Assembly: GCA_900617105.1 (NCBI GenBank)
Contig: UYFQ01000026.1
Coordinates: 1 to 53,403 of the forward strand
Reading direction: 5' to 3'
Length of the DNA stretch: 53,403 nucleotides
Origin: Hydrurus foetidus
Taxonomy: Eukaryota
Made by a program: the position numbers and the translations under genes. Below the pieces are notes generated by a model that saw nothing but the letters and a program-made list of their open reading frames with translations, was not told where the DNA came from and made no database searches. Below, in pieces: positions 1-13,100 of the stretch. Each line of letters starts with the position of its first letter. Positions within the stretch are counted from its first letter, which is position 1.

Positions 1-3000
1 TGTCTGTCGGAATTATTTTCGAGATACCGTGGAGGCGTAAGAATGCGTGAAGAGCGTGTGTAAGACAAAAATTCTTCCACGACTCCCGCGTGTTGTGTGA
101 GTTATCAAAGTCAGTCAATTTGACTAAAAACCTCATTTGGGTTTTGCGTCTGGAATTTCCTTGACGTTGGATAATGAATTCAATAAAGAATTCCATGTAG
201 TCGCGGCGTGCAACGTCAGCAGGGTCCATATGTTTCGGATTGAAACAGATTACTAATATGAAGATGCTTATGTTTCTTCGTAATTATATCTAACAATGTG
301 TAATCAGAGTTGTGAATAGACACAACTTGAAACAGTCCCCGCCACAACGTATGTAGTCATATGGTGTATTTAGCCAACACATATGAATTTACAGGAAAAA
401 CTATTATTTCCTGCGGACTATTGGCAATATGAGCCTCGTCCATTGTGCGCAAAGCAGTTTGTGCTTGGGCATTTAAGGTATCTTGGATGTTATACATCTC
501 ACATATCACCTTGGATGCTAAGGTATCTGTCTCCGGTAACTATAGAAAAGGTGACAGTATTCCAGAATCAAGATTGATTTAGTTACCAAACAATAAACTT
601 GCTGGTGATGCATTCGTACTGCTATGAATGGAAGAATTCAAAATTCGTTGTATGAATGGTAAACAATTCTTATACTGATATACGTCGTTAGTGTCATACA
701 AGAACGTACGTTAGTACCGGTTAATTTCCTATTAATGCGTTCCACTATCGCATTCTCTTGTTTGGAGTATGCTAGTGTTAGGTTGTGGGGTGTCCCTTTT
801 GACACTAGAAATTGCTTGATCAAATCATTAGCAAAGTGTGAACCCCGTGTCAGTCTAGCATATTCATGCATGATCTGTTAGCATAGTTTCATCTGTAGAT
901 TAGCATTCACATGTCACAAGTAGTGTAGCGCTTCCTCACCCAAAACACCGCCATACACTGTTATGTACATACGCTCACCGTTCTTTTAGCGATATCCCTT
1001 CGGGGCCATCACCAAGCATCCGGTTTTTCACCACCAAGCATCCGGATTTCACCAAGCATCCGATTTCATGAGCAGCGAGGGTTCCACCCGTTGCCCAATC
1101 GCCAACTTGCCAGTTCGCTAAATATATTCGCACTTCGGCGATCATCATTTCATGCACACTGGATGCTTCGCCTTGCTTCTTTGATGGTTGTCTTCATCGC
1201 CAGTTGTTTTACCACTTGGTCGTTGTAAGTAAACACGTATTCCGAGACCAGTTCCACCCCATAGTCTTTCCTTTGCGCTTCCGCAGCCAAAAGGTAGCTA
1301 GCATCACTCCACAGTCTGACTCACACCCCGATCAGATCTGATCATTTGGGGTGCACCGTATCTTCCAAAGTATTGAAGAAGGCAATCGGAAGCAGATTCG
1401 GCGGTATTATTCGCACACCAAAATAGTTCTGTCCATCGTGTGAAAGCATAGAAAATGACAAGAACGTGTGAGGAATCAAGGAAAGATCCGATGAAATCGA
1501 TGTTTAGTACATGAAAAGGTTTGTACGCTGAAGTAACGTACTTGTGTACGTGTATCGGTACGCGTGTAGCATTCATTTTCTGACAACACGCACATTGTTG
1601 TATGAACAAGTGGGTATGTTGAACCATGTGTTCCCAATCAATGGGTAGCTTAAGAAGTTTTTCTACGGTGCGTTTAACACCACCATGTCCTACAACCTTG
1701 TTGTGGCACATGCTGAGTGCGTCGCACTGCTCATCAGTCTTCTCTTATATGACCTTGAGGGCGCCGCAGAACGGACCCGGTAACTTATCTGGTTCTGTAC
1801 CAGTGGTTTCTGGTTGAACCTCAATGACAAGGTCTGAGAGGTTAGCACAGATTCGTGATATAGCGTCCGCAACCGTGTTCTCAGACCCTTGCACGTATGC
1901 GATAGTGTAGTCTAGCTCTTGTAAAGCCATGGAACATCTTCCTACCATCGAGCTAGGAGATGATTTCATGTATGTCAGATTTTTATGATCTGTATGTATG
2001 GTAAACTTGCGATCACGTAAGAGTGGATCAAGTTTTGTACAACACAAGAAGATAGCATAAGAAGTTTGGATTGTTGACCAGTTCAATTGTGAGAAGTTGA
2101 GTGACTTACTCACAAATGAAATTGGTTTCATTTCGTCTTTCACCTTTTGGAATTCACACCACCTACACCATAATCAGACGCGTCGGTGTATAAATGTATT
2201 GGTGATACATTGTCAATGAAGTGCATTAGGGGGCATTGAGAAATTGCCTGCCTAATATCTTAAAACGCTTTAATGGTTCCCGCATTCCAGGTTACCCTGG
2301 AATTTTTATGCGTTGTAGACACCGTCATTTTATGTAACGGTGCCAATATGTTGAAGTGATTTGGTACAAAACTCCGAAAGTAGTTCGCCAAACCGAGAAA
2401 TCCCCTAAGGGCAGTAACGGGTTTTGGACGAGAAAAATCTAAAACAGATTTTATTTTCTCAGCCGAAATAGATAACCCCTCTTTGGAGATTATGCGTTCG
2501 ACATATTCGAGGCGTGTAACTCCGAACTTACACTTCTTAGCTTTCAAGAATAGATTTTTCTCTCGAAAGCGGATGATGAAGATATGACGAAGTCTCTGCA
2601 GAAACTCGTCAGGTCCATTACCAAATAAAATGCAATCATCGAGATACATCTTGCATGTTACATATAAAAAGCCCGTTAGGACAACCGTAGCCATCATCTC
2701 CTGGAAGTATGATGGTGCACGCTTGAGGCCGAAAGGCAATCAAGTGAATTGATAAATTCCATAGAAGCATATAAATGCAGTCAGGATTTTGGCTGATGCC
2801 GTGAGGGGTGCTTGGTGGTAGCCGGACGTTAAGTCCATAACCCCAAAGATGTCAGGTTGACGAGCCCAAATGCGTTCAAACATTGCTGGAATGTTGGGGA
2901 GTGGCCAACTGGCCGACTCCGTACAGTTATTAAGTGGCCGGAAGTCAATACACACACAGTATTGTCCGGGTGACTTCTGTACTACTACAGGGTGACTGTA

Positions 3001-4450
3001 GTATACCGCATTAGACTTCTCAACCACCCCGATCCGTATCAGATCCTGAAAGTTAATGTGAATCGCCTCCTCCTTCTGTGAGGATTGGGAGCGGAGCGGG
3101 GTCCTGTTACCAGGTACTTCCCATTGTGCGGCCTTATGATCAACATCAAAAGGAGGTATACCGGCCGGTTCACTGGCCACCTCATCTTGAAAGATGTCAA
3201 TAAATTCGGTACATAATCTGCTTGCAGAGCTTCCGACCCACCAAAGATGATTGTCGAGATAACATCGCTCGCCCTACCTATTGGAGTAGGGTCTCTCATC
3301 AATGCAGAAAGAAACGGTCCAAACGCATCTGTTTTGTCATCATCATCTCCATTGAGATTGATTCCGCACGGCACAACGCTCGCGGCGTTTAGTGTTACTG
3401 TGTGCACTCTCGTCCCGGTCTCGGAAGCGGGCGGTCGAGACCACTGCCCGTCCATAGCGCAGATGGACCCCACTCTTCTTCCACTGTTGGAATACGGTGG
3501 ATGCTCGAGTGACCTTCGTCTCCATTGTCAGCAGTGTCGGTAATTAGGCGACACTGTGTACAAGGACTACGCGATCCGACAGCGTCACTATAATGACAAC
3601 AGACGTCGGTATGTGAATCTGTACCGATGGCGGACTCTGCCATTAAGGGAAGTAGACCGATGTCATCCGGGCTATAAGACGTGTCGACTAACGTAGGGTC
3701 AAAGCCCATACGTATCGGTGTCAGCACAAACAAGTTGTGTTGATTAAAGGACTTGCGTCCGATGATCAGATCAAGTTGTGCAAAAGGATTAACACTAAAA
3801 GTGATATAGATAGTGTGCTTCATTTAAATATCATCGAGAAAAGTAAGACCTAAATCAACTAGGGTATTACACCTATAACAAGTGCCATCGAGGCCACTAC
3901 ACATGTTAAGTGCGGTTGAAGACACATAACAATGAGTAAGTGCATTAAGTGAAATAAGCAGTGATTGGGAAACAAAATCGCCGGCCATGTTACCCGTGTC
4001 TAAGAGCGCGTGCGCTGTGAGACGGAGTCCCGTGGACTGGGATGGTGATGCGGGTGTAGTGGGGGGTGTCCCTGCAAGGGTCTTCGTTCATCCTTGAAGA
4101 CCAATAATGAAAGTAATTCATTAGGTATTGTCGAATGTACCGCTGCTACAATTGAGTCAGACGGTAACGTACCTGTGAGCGGTATTTCCGATATGTCGGT
4201 ATGGTTATGACACTCCGCCAGTACCTCCGAGATTAGCGGCAGGGAGGTATAAATGGCTGTAACATATTAAGACGTGTGGAGATAACATCGTTAATGTTAT
4301 CCAATAAAGCATTCGGAGTATTACCTACCTTAAATGCATCGGTTAAGTGTACATCAGAGTCTAGTATACATTGTGATGACAGTGGATTGGTAGGACTACA
4401 TGTGTCAACATGCATTGCCACTACCAATGCATCTAACGCTACGGTATGTA
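1..4450 (-). mobile_element. Decayed Ty3/gypsy retrotransposon 1 (protease-RT-RNaseH-integrase-chromodomain; gag missing; 3' end runs off window)
   Basis: Minus-strand fragments in gypsy order: protease AHALLDTGNMAGDFV (~3970-4015); RT (2740-3180 CIDFRPLN..MDLTSGYHQ; 2260-2739 MYLDD); RNase H (1745-2143 HTDHKNL..ADAISR); integrase (1304-1711 H..H..CACC, LNIDFIG, RSDRG; 638-847 SHFAN..NAIVER); chromodomain-like tail (1-240 DVARRDYMEFFI..ESWKNF..LHAFLR). Many stops and frameshifts. Confidence 0.92.
848..1325. mobile_element. Solo LTR (478 bp) inserted in the integrase of gypsy 1
   Basis: Starts TGTCAGTC and ends GACTCACA (7/8 inverted match, TG..CA). Flanked by 5-bp direct repeat CCCCG (843-847, 1326-1330). 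Removing the insert plus one TSD restores the integrase motif RSDRGSHFAN. Confidence 0.85.
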
Positions 4451-7400
4451 CTAAAGGACCGCCGTTACCATCTGCTCTTGAAAGTAAGAGGGGGCACGAC
4501 ACGGACAAAAGGGCAGTCTCGTAAACTGAAAGACCCCCGCAAAGCATATGAATGCCGTGAAAATGCGATATGAGGTGTGTAGCGGTGCTTGATGGTAACC
4601 TGCGGTTAAATCCATCACACCAAAAATATCTGTTTTTTTATTATCAATCCTCTCAAAGAGGTGTTTGATATTAGGCAACGGAAATGAGGCCGGCGTAAGA
4701 CACCTATTAAGTGGCCGGTAATCGATGCAGGTTCGAAATTTACCGGGTGACTTAGTTACTATAACAGGATTACTGTAATAAGCGGCATCTGATCGCTCTA
4801 TAACCCCTGATGCAAGCATCTCGTCAAGGTTTTCTTTGAGAGCAACCTCTTTTGTTGATGACTGGGGACGTACCGGCGTACAGTTTTCGTCTCTTACCCA
4901 CAACTCAAGTGGGATGTTAATCTCAAAGGGTATAAGTGATGTTGCTTTCTCAGCTAACTGATCACTAAAGATGTCTGAATATTCAGAACAGAGCTCTCGG
5001 ATTTTCTTTTCAAAGCTTTCATCTCCTTCAAAGGTAATCTCTTTGAGGAAATCCTCTGGCCCTTTGGGCAAGTCATCTTGACCAGGTTTTTCTGCCAAGA
5101 AGGGGGCAAACGTGTCTATCTTGCCATCGTCAATCTCGTCAACTGAGAGTGCGACACCACTGGGCCATAAAGGCTCAGTGACATGGTCTAGGATATCAGT
5201 TTCCTCAAAAGTGTTTGTAGGGGTGGGAATCTGGTCGCCACCTAGGTGTGGTGTATCACCCGTACGTTTTGCGAGAATAGTAGTGACACTATTCAGTCGC
5301 TCACAACCTACAACACCACAGGGATCTTGGGTCATGACTCCCTCGATTTCCTTGCAATATGCTCTTCATATTTGGATACTCGTAGAATACATATGTTTTT
5401 CTCTTTTTAGAGGGTGGTTTACCGCCTGGATATTTCAGCTTGTCATAGTGAGGTGTTAAAGACTCGACTACGGCTGTATCAGGTTCGGTACCCAACGCTA
5501 TCATACGACGCGTATATTTGTGTCGAAACAATGGATCGAGTTTGTCCAATGCTTCTTTTCTTTCGAATTCGCGTCTGCGAGCATCGCTCTTTCTCTTATT
5601 CTCAGCACTAAGCTCAGGAGAAATGCCGAATGCAAACGGAGTTAACGTAAAGAAGTCAAATTTATTTACCGTATCACGGCCAAATAAAATGTCTATGTCC
5701 GTTTTCCGATTGACCCTCATGGGCAAGCTGATGCTATGGCATTCACCATTGTAAGAATGAAAAAGAATTTTAAATCGCAAATTTCGTTATTTAGGTAACA
5801 TTGGCCATCGAGGCCGCTACAAACAGTTATGGCTTTAAGAGCAGGATAACATATATGTGTAGCATTTAATTTTTCAATCATATCATATGAAATAAAATTG
5901 TCGGAATAATTGGCCGTATCCATCACAGCTTTCCCCGCGGCGCACAGCTCGCTTGCTGGGCCTGTCCTGTCCTTATCCTGCACAATAACCGTAACGTTAA
6001 GGTGGTGAGATGCTAAGGTGGAAGGAACATGTAAAAATTCTTCGCGAATAGGTACAAGTGGTTGCACTTCGAGATGATCGTCAGTCAGATTAAAGATGTC
6101 ATCATCGTCGAAAGTGGCAGCCACGCAGTCATGGGCAAGGTTCTTACCTTGGTTCTGTGCTGACTGAGTGTGTCCCTGCGGTGGGTTGTATTTACCCCTA
6201 CCGCCATACCCACGGCCCTGGTTTTGGTTAGTATTGGGGTTTTGATTTCCCCTCTGCTTACCTCGACCGCCTCCCTGGTTACCATGGTTACCATAACCAG
6301 ATTGGTTTTGGGAATTTCCCCCTTGACCCTAATTGGATCGATCTGAACCATCCGAGGTGTTGGAGTGGTTCCCAGAACCATGGCTGTTCTTGGCGCGCTT
6401 ATTGTCGTTACACATCAAGTAAGGTTTAGAACCTTTGGGATGATACTGAACTCGTTCCTCGTATCCTGGAAGGACGAGGTTGAGTTGCCATTCAGTATAC
6501 CCCACCGCGGCCCAAGCCATCCCCACTGTAGAACTCTGCCACTCAACGTGATGATTAGTGTTGGAGTCGGAGTAATACAGGACGGGGCAGTCTGCCGACA
6601 CGTGCGACTTAGACCCGCACGACCGGCACGGACGAAACATCGGTACGAGCGGTACTTCCGTGGAAGCACGGACAGAGAGTCCGTGCTGCGTCGGAATGTA
6701 CGAGCTAGGGGTACGCACTGCCGCAGTGACTGACTTCGAAGAAGCGGAGGGTGTAGGTGAGGGTGCTTTACTCGTTTCCTTCTTACCAACGTCCGGTGGG
6801 ACTGCTGAGGCAGGAAACGAGTACACCGTCTTTGGGTTGCCTCGGCAAGAACCTGACCAATGCGTAGCATAGTCGAATACCACGTATGAGGTGGGGTGTT
6901 GTCAGCAGCATTTGCTTTCAGATAGTCTTGTTGAATTTGACATCCCTTAGCTAGGCGCTTCTCCAATATCAGAATGATCTTAGCATGCTGAGTCTCAGAT
7001 AATGGTCCCTTAGACCTCTCATAAGTGCCCACAAGTTCGTTGTAACATACGAATGTGGCATTCTCATGATCGTGGTTAGCGATCTGATGATGGAAGGGAA
7101 CTTGGCTAAAGCTCCCTGCCAAAGTGCATTCTCCTAAAGTATTTGGCGAGAAGTACTTAATTATCAGTTTGGCTACCTGAAGTACTTACAATTTAGTCTG
7201 CCAATCATGGCGTAGACAACGATCGATAGGATCGATCATGATCCTGAAAGTCAGCAATTCGACTGCCTGCTTCTGCATGCAATCAGTTAGCTTCGTCGAG
7301 GGGTACCTCTGAGCCTCTTCGTAGAACTCAGTCGCATCAGCTTCATCAATGAAGTTATGCCTGAGAACGAACACCTCACCCTGGAGTTGCATTGTCGATG

Positions 7401-7527
7401 GAAACGCTGGAAACAGCGAGTTCGACATTGAAATAGTTGACTCGTTGAGCGCGGCTAAAGCTGCCAGACGTGCAATCTCCTCCTCTTCAGGAGATGGATC
7501 AGGGATAGGGATAAGCGGTGATGACAT
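4451..7527 (-). mobile_element. Decayed Ty3/gypsy retrotransposon 2 (gag-protease-N-terminal half of RT; truncated)
   Basis: Gag fragments 7186-7527, 6415-7122 and 6329-6883 with CCHC knuckle CRSCGSKSHVSADC; protease AVMDTANYSDNFIS (5717-6124); RT 4451-5335 (TCIDYRPLN, MDLTAGYHQ, APSYFQ) ending before YxDD. Confidence 0.88.
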
Positions 7528-8142
7528 GTCGAATCACTAATCGATATAAATCTCTCTTAAACTTAGTGAAGATCGATAACCCTTGCTCAGAAAAAAAATT
7601 CCAGAGCTGCACCTCGTACACTAACGGGTACTTTACGTTGGTAACAACGAGTGAAGGTATTCTGACCAACTCTTGAACTGAAAAGTTCTATGGCGTAAAA
7701 GCCAAATTTAAAGTGGTAGAAAAAGTGGTGTACCTTTAAGGTAGAAGATGTTGCTCGACGTCGACGAAAAGAAGTCTATAGACTAAGTTGATGTTGCTGG
7801 TGATGAATCTGTGATTCAATCGACCAGCGGAGCAAGCCTTAAATGGCTTCTGGGAAGGATAAATCGACTTCGACCAAGAATGTCAAGTTTGGAAGAGCCC
7901 AAACACGGGGATTCCAAGAAAGCAGGTAATCTGACTAACTCTAACTTAAACTACAGCTCTCTGAGCCAATGGCTGCGAGAGAAGTCGACTTAAAAGTCGA
8001 CGAGCGTAGCTCAGAAGTCTTATCTACAGGTTTCTACGAATAGAGGGACTGAGAAGTAAAAGATAAAGGGATGGACGGAATAATCTGTGAAGCACTCATC
8101 GACATAGCCCAAACTATCCTAGCACACAGTTGCTATCACAAC

Positions 8143-8410
8143 TCTCCTACAAATTGAAACCATCACTCGGGGCAACGCTGGCATGGAATCTACTGCGGTG
8201 CCTCGTCCAATCTTTTGTTCTCTCCAACAGTCGTTCTGACAACTCTTCCCCCAATTGGAACCATCACCAGCAGTAGCACCAGCCTATGATCTCCAACGGT
8301 GCAGTAAGCGCACCTTCTCACTGTGCAGGGTCCTTACTCCCAATTGGAACCATCACGAGGAGTCGCACAGTATATCAGGAGCAGTATAGCAGGAGCACCT
8401 TCTCACTGAC
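8143..8410. repeat. Degenerate tandem repeat, ~90-100 bp period, about 3 units
   Basis: C(A/C)AATTG(A/G)AACCATCAC recurs ending at 8166, 8267 and 8356; GCACCTTCTCACTG recurs at ~8310 and ~8395. Confidence 0.6.
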
Positions 8411-9477
8411 TTACGAGAATCATAGTGCAGTACCATGCAGGAGTAAGAGAATTGCACGAAGCGCGAGTCATAGCACTTTACTATGCAATCGGCAGAACAG
8501 TGCACCAAGCGTGAGAATAATACTTCACCAAGTGATCGATAAGAATAAGAGGTGTAAACGACGTCTAGTAAGTATCCTGTTACTTAATGTCATGCCACTA
8601 TTACCATCCTTCTTACATCATATTTACTATATCACATTACATTACTGGATTATTCATGTCGCATACAAACCAAAGCAGATTAAATTGAAGATTAGACGAA
8701 GGTTGAAGAAGAGGTAGCTGATGATGACGAGCTAGAAGATGATGAAGAAGATGAAGTTGATTTGATTAAGAATTATTTAGTGTATCCTAGGGTTGCATCA
8801 GTCGTAGTGTCTGATCTGCTGCGCTGCCCCCACCTTTTGCGCCACAGTCGATATACATTCCAATTCGTGCATCCATAGCGGAAATGAATGGTGTGGTCAG
8901 ATCGGTTATATTGGGCCTACGGGCCGTACTGGACCTAGTCCCGATCCGTCCGATCCTACCGCCTACTGTACATATACATCTCTAGCACTTCTGCTAGCTA
9001 GCTCCAGCCTTCTCATAGAACTTATCCTAGCTTCTAGCTTAGCTGTAATTAACTACCGACTTTCACCTGTGGATCATTCGATGATTCGAACTTTCTATGG
9101 CGGAACTGTATGGATTTGGAGTACCCTGAAGATTTTTCTTCGTCAGAGGACAGAAATTTGTCGCCGGAAAGGCAAATTTCTGATGCAGAGGAAGTGAATT
9201 TGTGTCTCCTGCGTGCTCTCTACTTGAGTAGTGCTTGATGATTTGGATGACATCGAAGCAACTGAGCTGACAGATGCGCCAGGAAAACTGATATGAAAGT
9301 CCGTTTCGGACATTCGAAAATTAGGAGTAATATTGAATTTCTTAGAGGGATATTAGGGGTAATTGGATCATCAGATAATAGGGGTGATATTGAATTCATT
9401 TAGAGGGATATCTCGCCGGCGAAACGCGCAATTTTTTAGAATACTCCACCAAAGGTGGACAAACAGAAACTGTGTGA

Positions 9478-9594
9478 TCTCGAGGCTCTTCTTTTATTCC
9501 AGGTCCACGTTTAATCTGAACCCACCCCTATACACGACAATTACCAGTACCGTACTCTTTTCAGTTTTCAGTACGGTCAGTTAATTGTCGTGTA
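9478..9594. repeat. Left arm, spacer and start of right arm of an imperfect ~80-bp-arm inverted repeat interrupted by copia A (right arm continues 35617-35670)
   Basis: Reverse complement of 9478-9556 (AGTACGGT..TAATTGTCGTGTATAGGGGTGGGTTCAGATTAAACGTGGACCT..GAGCCT) matches 9570-9594 joined to 35617-35670. Confidence 0.8.
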
Positions 9595-9911
9595 TGTTGG
9601 GGATTCTCTGAATCCGGATGCTTCGCACTCGTGGCGACCGGTGACCCAAGGCTCGTAAAATAGACTTGTATTGCGTAATTACTTGAGAATTAAACTTGTG
9701 CGCCGGCATCAATCAAGACGGCAACGAAGCTTTACATTTCAACGCAATTGCACATGGTCATCCGTGTTGAAGATAGATGAATGGGTGGCTACACTAGCCC
9801 ACACATCCAACGGTCCACGGTCCTCACCACTGGGGTGCCCACCGCTGACCGTCGGGATCCATGCATACGCTATACAACTACAGCAGTGTCTTTTCTCCGG
9901 ATACTCCAACA
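9595..9911 (-). repeat. Copia A 3' LTR
   Basis: Near-identical to 35295-35611; TG..CA ends; lies just downstream of the RNase H end. Confidence 0.95.
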
Positions 9912-10100
9912 CACCCAACAGGCACGCAGTAGTTGAAGCACCCAGGCATACATCGGATTTTCATGTCAGCAATAAAATAAAATGTAAATTGATTTGCAAG
10001 CATTAATGTCTAATTAAATATTATCGGGTCGCACTTCATCAGCGCCGCTGGCACCTTATTTCTCCGCGCTCTCTGCAGGCCAGCCCGTGAGCCCGTCTCT

Positions 10101-13100
10101 CTATCTCCTGAACTGGGATCCTTGGAGCGGCTTGATCAGGACATTGGCGTACATATCCTCGCTGCGTAGGTACTCCATGCGCACTCCACCGGTGTCCACC
10201 CGCTCCTTGACCCAGAAGTAGCGGATCTGGATGTGGCGCGTGCGCTCCGCTCTGGACCTGCCACGCTCCACCAGTGCCATGCACGACTGGTTGTCCTGGT
10301 ATATGGTAACCGGCTCCATCTTGTACCCCTGTGCAATGAGAAATGAGCGGATGAAGATGCTTTGATTGGCTGAGTCTGACAACCCGACCAGCTCTGCCTC
10401 CGTACTCGACTTGGTCACGATGAGCTGCTTCGAGGAGCGACAGTGCACTGCTCCGACATCCCCGATCACTACGCAGCTGCCCATGTGGGACCGTCCATCG
10501 CTATGCACCCCGTATGACGCATCCACAAAAAGCCTCACTGCCACTCCGCTGGCACCCGGTCTGAGCACTACGCCGCTGTCCCGCGTCTTGTGGATATAGC
10601 GCACCAGACGCTGCAGCTTCTCCACATCATCTGCTGTGCATTTGTTGCCTCGAGTGGACAGGAAGGCTACCGCGACGAGGCACTCTGGCTTGGTGCGCTT
10701 CGCGAGGTAGAGGACCATGGCGACGACTTTGTGGAACCACACTCGCACTGGCTCGCTCACCGCTGTCGCGCCCTCTCTCGTCTCGAACAGTCCCTCTGTG
10801 GCAGGTGACTTGGCGGATCCTTTGACTCCTGATACCCTAACGATCTCATCACAGTATCCTGCTGTGGTGATCATCGCCTGTCCAGGTATATGCATGTCTA
10901 TGGCCATACCGAGGTAGTTAATAGCAGGTCCATGTATTAAGGTAATCGCATCATACCTTTTGCGCAGTCCGTCCACTAGGTGCACCACGGAACTCTTGCT
11001 ACGACTCGTTATCAGCAAGTCGTCGACATGAATGGCAACGCTACACTGGTGTCCGTCGGGGCCCGTCCTGTTGAATACGCATTTATCGCAAATATTCCGT
11101 GCGTACCCCAATCCCAGCATGGTGGCGTGCAGATTCTCGTACCACAGTCCGGAGCTCTCGACGCAGCCGTATAGGGCTTTCTTCAGGTGCACAGTCACCC
11201 CACCCCTCGCGTCTGTGAACTTGCCGTACTTCGGATCGATGTCTATGATCAGGTCGGTCATGGTGCGATCCAAGCGCATGTGCACCGGTGTCTCTAACGT
11301 CATGTCCGCATTCAGGTATGCGCCACTGATGTCGACTACCGCCACTCGGCGCTCCTCATGTGCAGCGATCGCTAGCAGGGTGAACACGGCGCTGGTCGAC
11401 ACGGTAGGTGACGACAGGTCTTCATAAAGGCTCTTGTCCTGCTGGTCGCCCCCTGCTACCAGCCTGGCCTTGAGCTTGATGAAGCTTCCGTCTGGGTTGT
11501 TCTTTTGCTTCAAAAACATGCAGGATCTGATTGTTGATGCCCTCTGCATCGCTGACAGCTTACCTCCCATCACCGGCACCCACACTCGCTTGTCGATCAT
11601 CTGCTTCAGCTCCGACACGATGACTTTCTTGGCTTCGTCACCTCGTGCGCGGAACGCCTCCTTGACGCTGATGTTCGCCGTATTGCTCTTGCTCAGCTCG
11701 TCCTTGTGGCGCTTCAGCACCTCTTCCACATCGTGCGTCGACGCCGCTGTGCTCTTTGTACTCGCTGCTGCGCTTCCGTCATCCGTTACGAATGCACCCT
11801 CGCTCGTGTGTGATGATCGAGTCACCATTCGCTCGGTGGGTGCAGGCACCCTGCGTTGCTCTCTTGCTGCCGGATGCACTGGTTGTGCCGTGTCCGCTGC
11901 CGCTGGTTCGCTGTCTGGTGCGGATGCGTCGTCGGGAATGTCACTCGGAAGTGCCGGTTCGTGAGGCGGTGTGGGTGGTGTAAGTACGTCTTGTCCGTGC
12001 ACCCCAATTGCCTCGATTTCCTCTGGTACTGCTGCCGTGTCTACTGCCGCTGGTACCCCCCCCTCCACATCGCAGGGAGGAATCTCGAGAATGTTATCGG
12101 CAGATGGTAGGTCGAGGAGGGTTGGTGGATCCTGCACCGCTCGTTTGTCGATCCTGTCATCCTGAGTGGGGGGGTTGGTAATGAAGGTTGGCAAGCTAGA
12201 TTTGTCGAGGCTGTTGGTGAACAGCAGTTCATCAAACACATGCAATTTCGTTTGTGTGATTATCTCCCCTTCGCAGACTGCCATGGCGTTCAGGGTCATG
12301 ATGACTGACTGAGGCATCGGCAGTATCTTGAACTGGTTCCGCGTGACGATCTTGCCAGTAGCGAGTGATAGCATCTTGAACGAGCCAGTCCTGTTATGAG
12401 ATGGTAGCATGACAACGCAATCTTCAGTACGCGACGACATTGTGTTGTCAGTGTTAGATACTGTACAGACGGCGTAATCCCCGAATGCTGCGCGGAAGTC
12501 CAGGTTCCCGTCAACCCGCCGTCCTGAGAAGAGTTCCCTCGGAGACAGACCCCCTGGTCTTGATCCTGACTGCTGGCAGTTGATACGTGATACGCAGAAT
12601 AGTGCAAGGTAGATTAGACATAGTTCATTCGGAGTGAATGGCAGTCTACCGTTGATGTGGGCGCGTATTCGCTCCTTCACCATCTGGATGCGTCGCTCGA
12701 TTCTCGCCACGTGACCTCCAGCTGCACTGACATCAACCTTGATTCCAAGTGCCATCAGCTCCACCCTCATTTTGCCGATAGCCTCTTCCCCGTCCGACAT
12801 GATGACATGTACCAGGAAATTCCTGGATTTCAGGACCGATATCATCTCATTCAGTGCAGGCTGTACCACTGCCGCTGCACGTAAGGTTTTTGCACTGTCA
12901 AGTCGAATGAGACTCACGGCGAGAGTCATGTCAAGTGGGGTTGATACAGCAATAAGTATTGCAGTGGTCTCCAAGTACATGATATCTACACTCAGCACTT
13001 GTTGCTGTTGAGCTGACGCAGGTGTCAGGGAAATGTCCGCGACGGGCGATGATTTCTTGTGCGTCTTCCCACGCATGCTGGCGAGACACTTCCCCCAGAT

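Noticed and set aside
8143..8410. Spaced repeats resembling a CRISPR array
   Set aside because: Only about three degenerate units, similarity extends into the spacers, no cas genes, and the context is eukaryotic.
9671..10006. 111-aa plus-strand ORF (and 35371-35667)
   Set aside because: It lies in the copia A LTR and runs into different flanks in the two copies.
11017..11031. HVDD instead of YVDD in copia A and E RT as an inactivating change
   Set aside because: Both catalytic Asp residues are kept and two divergent elements share it, so it is probably a lineage variant.
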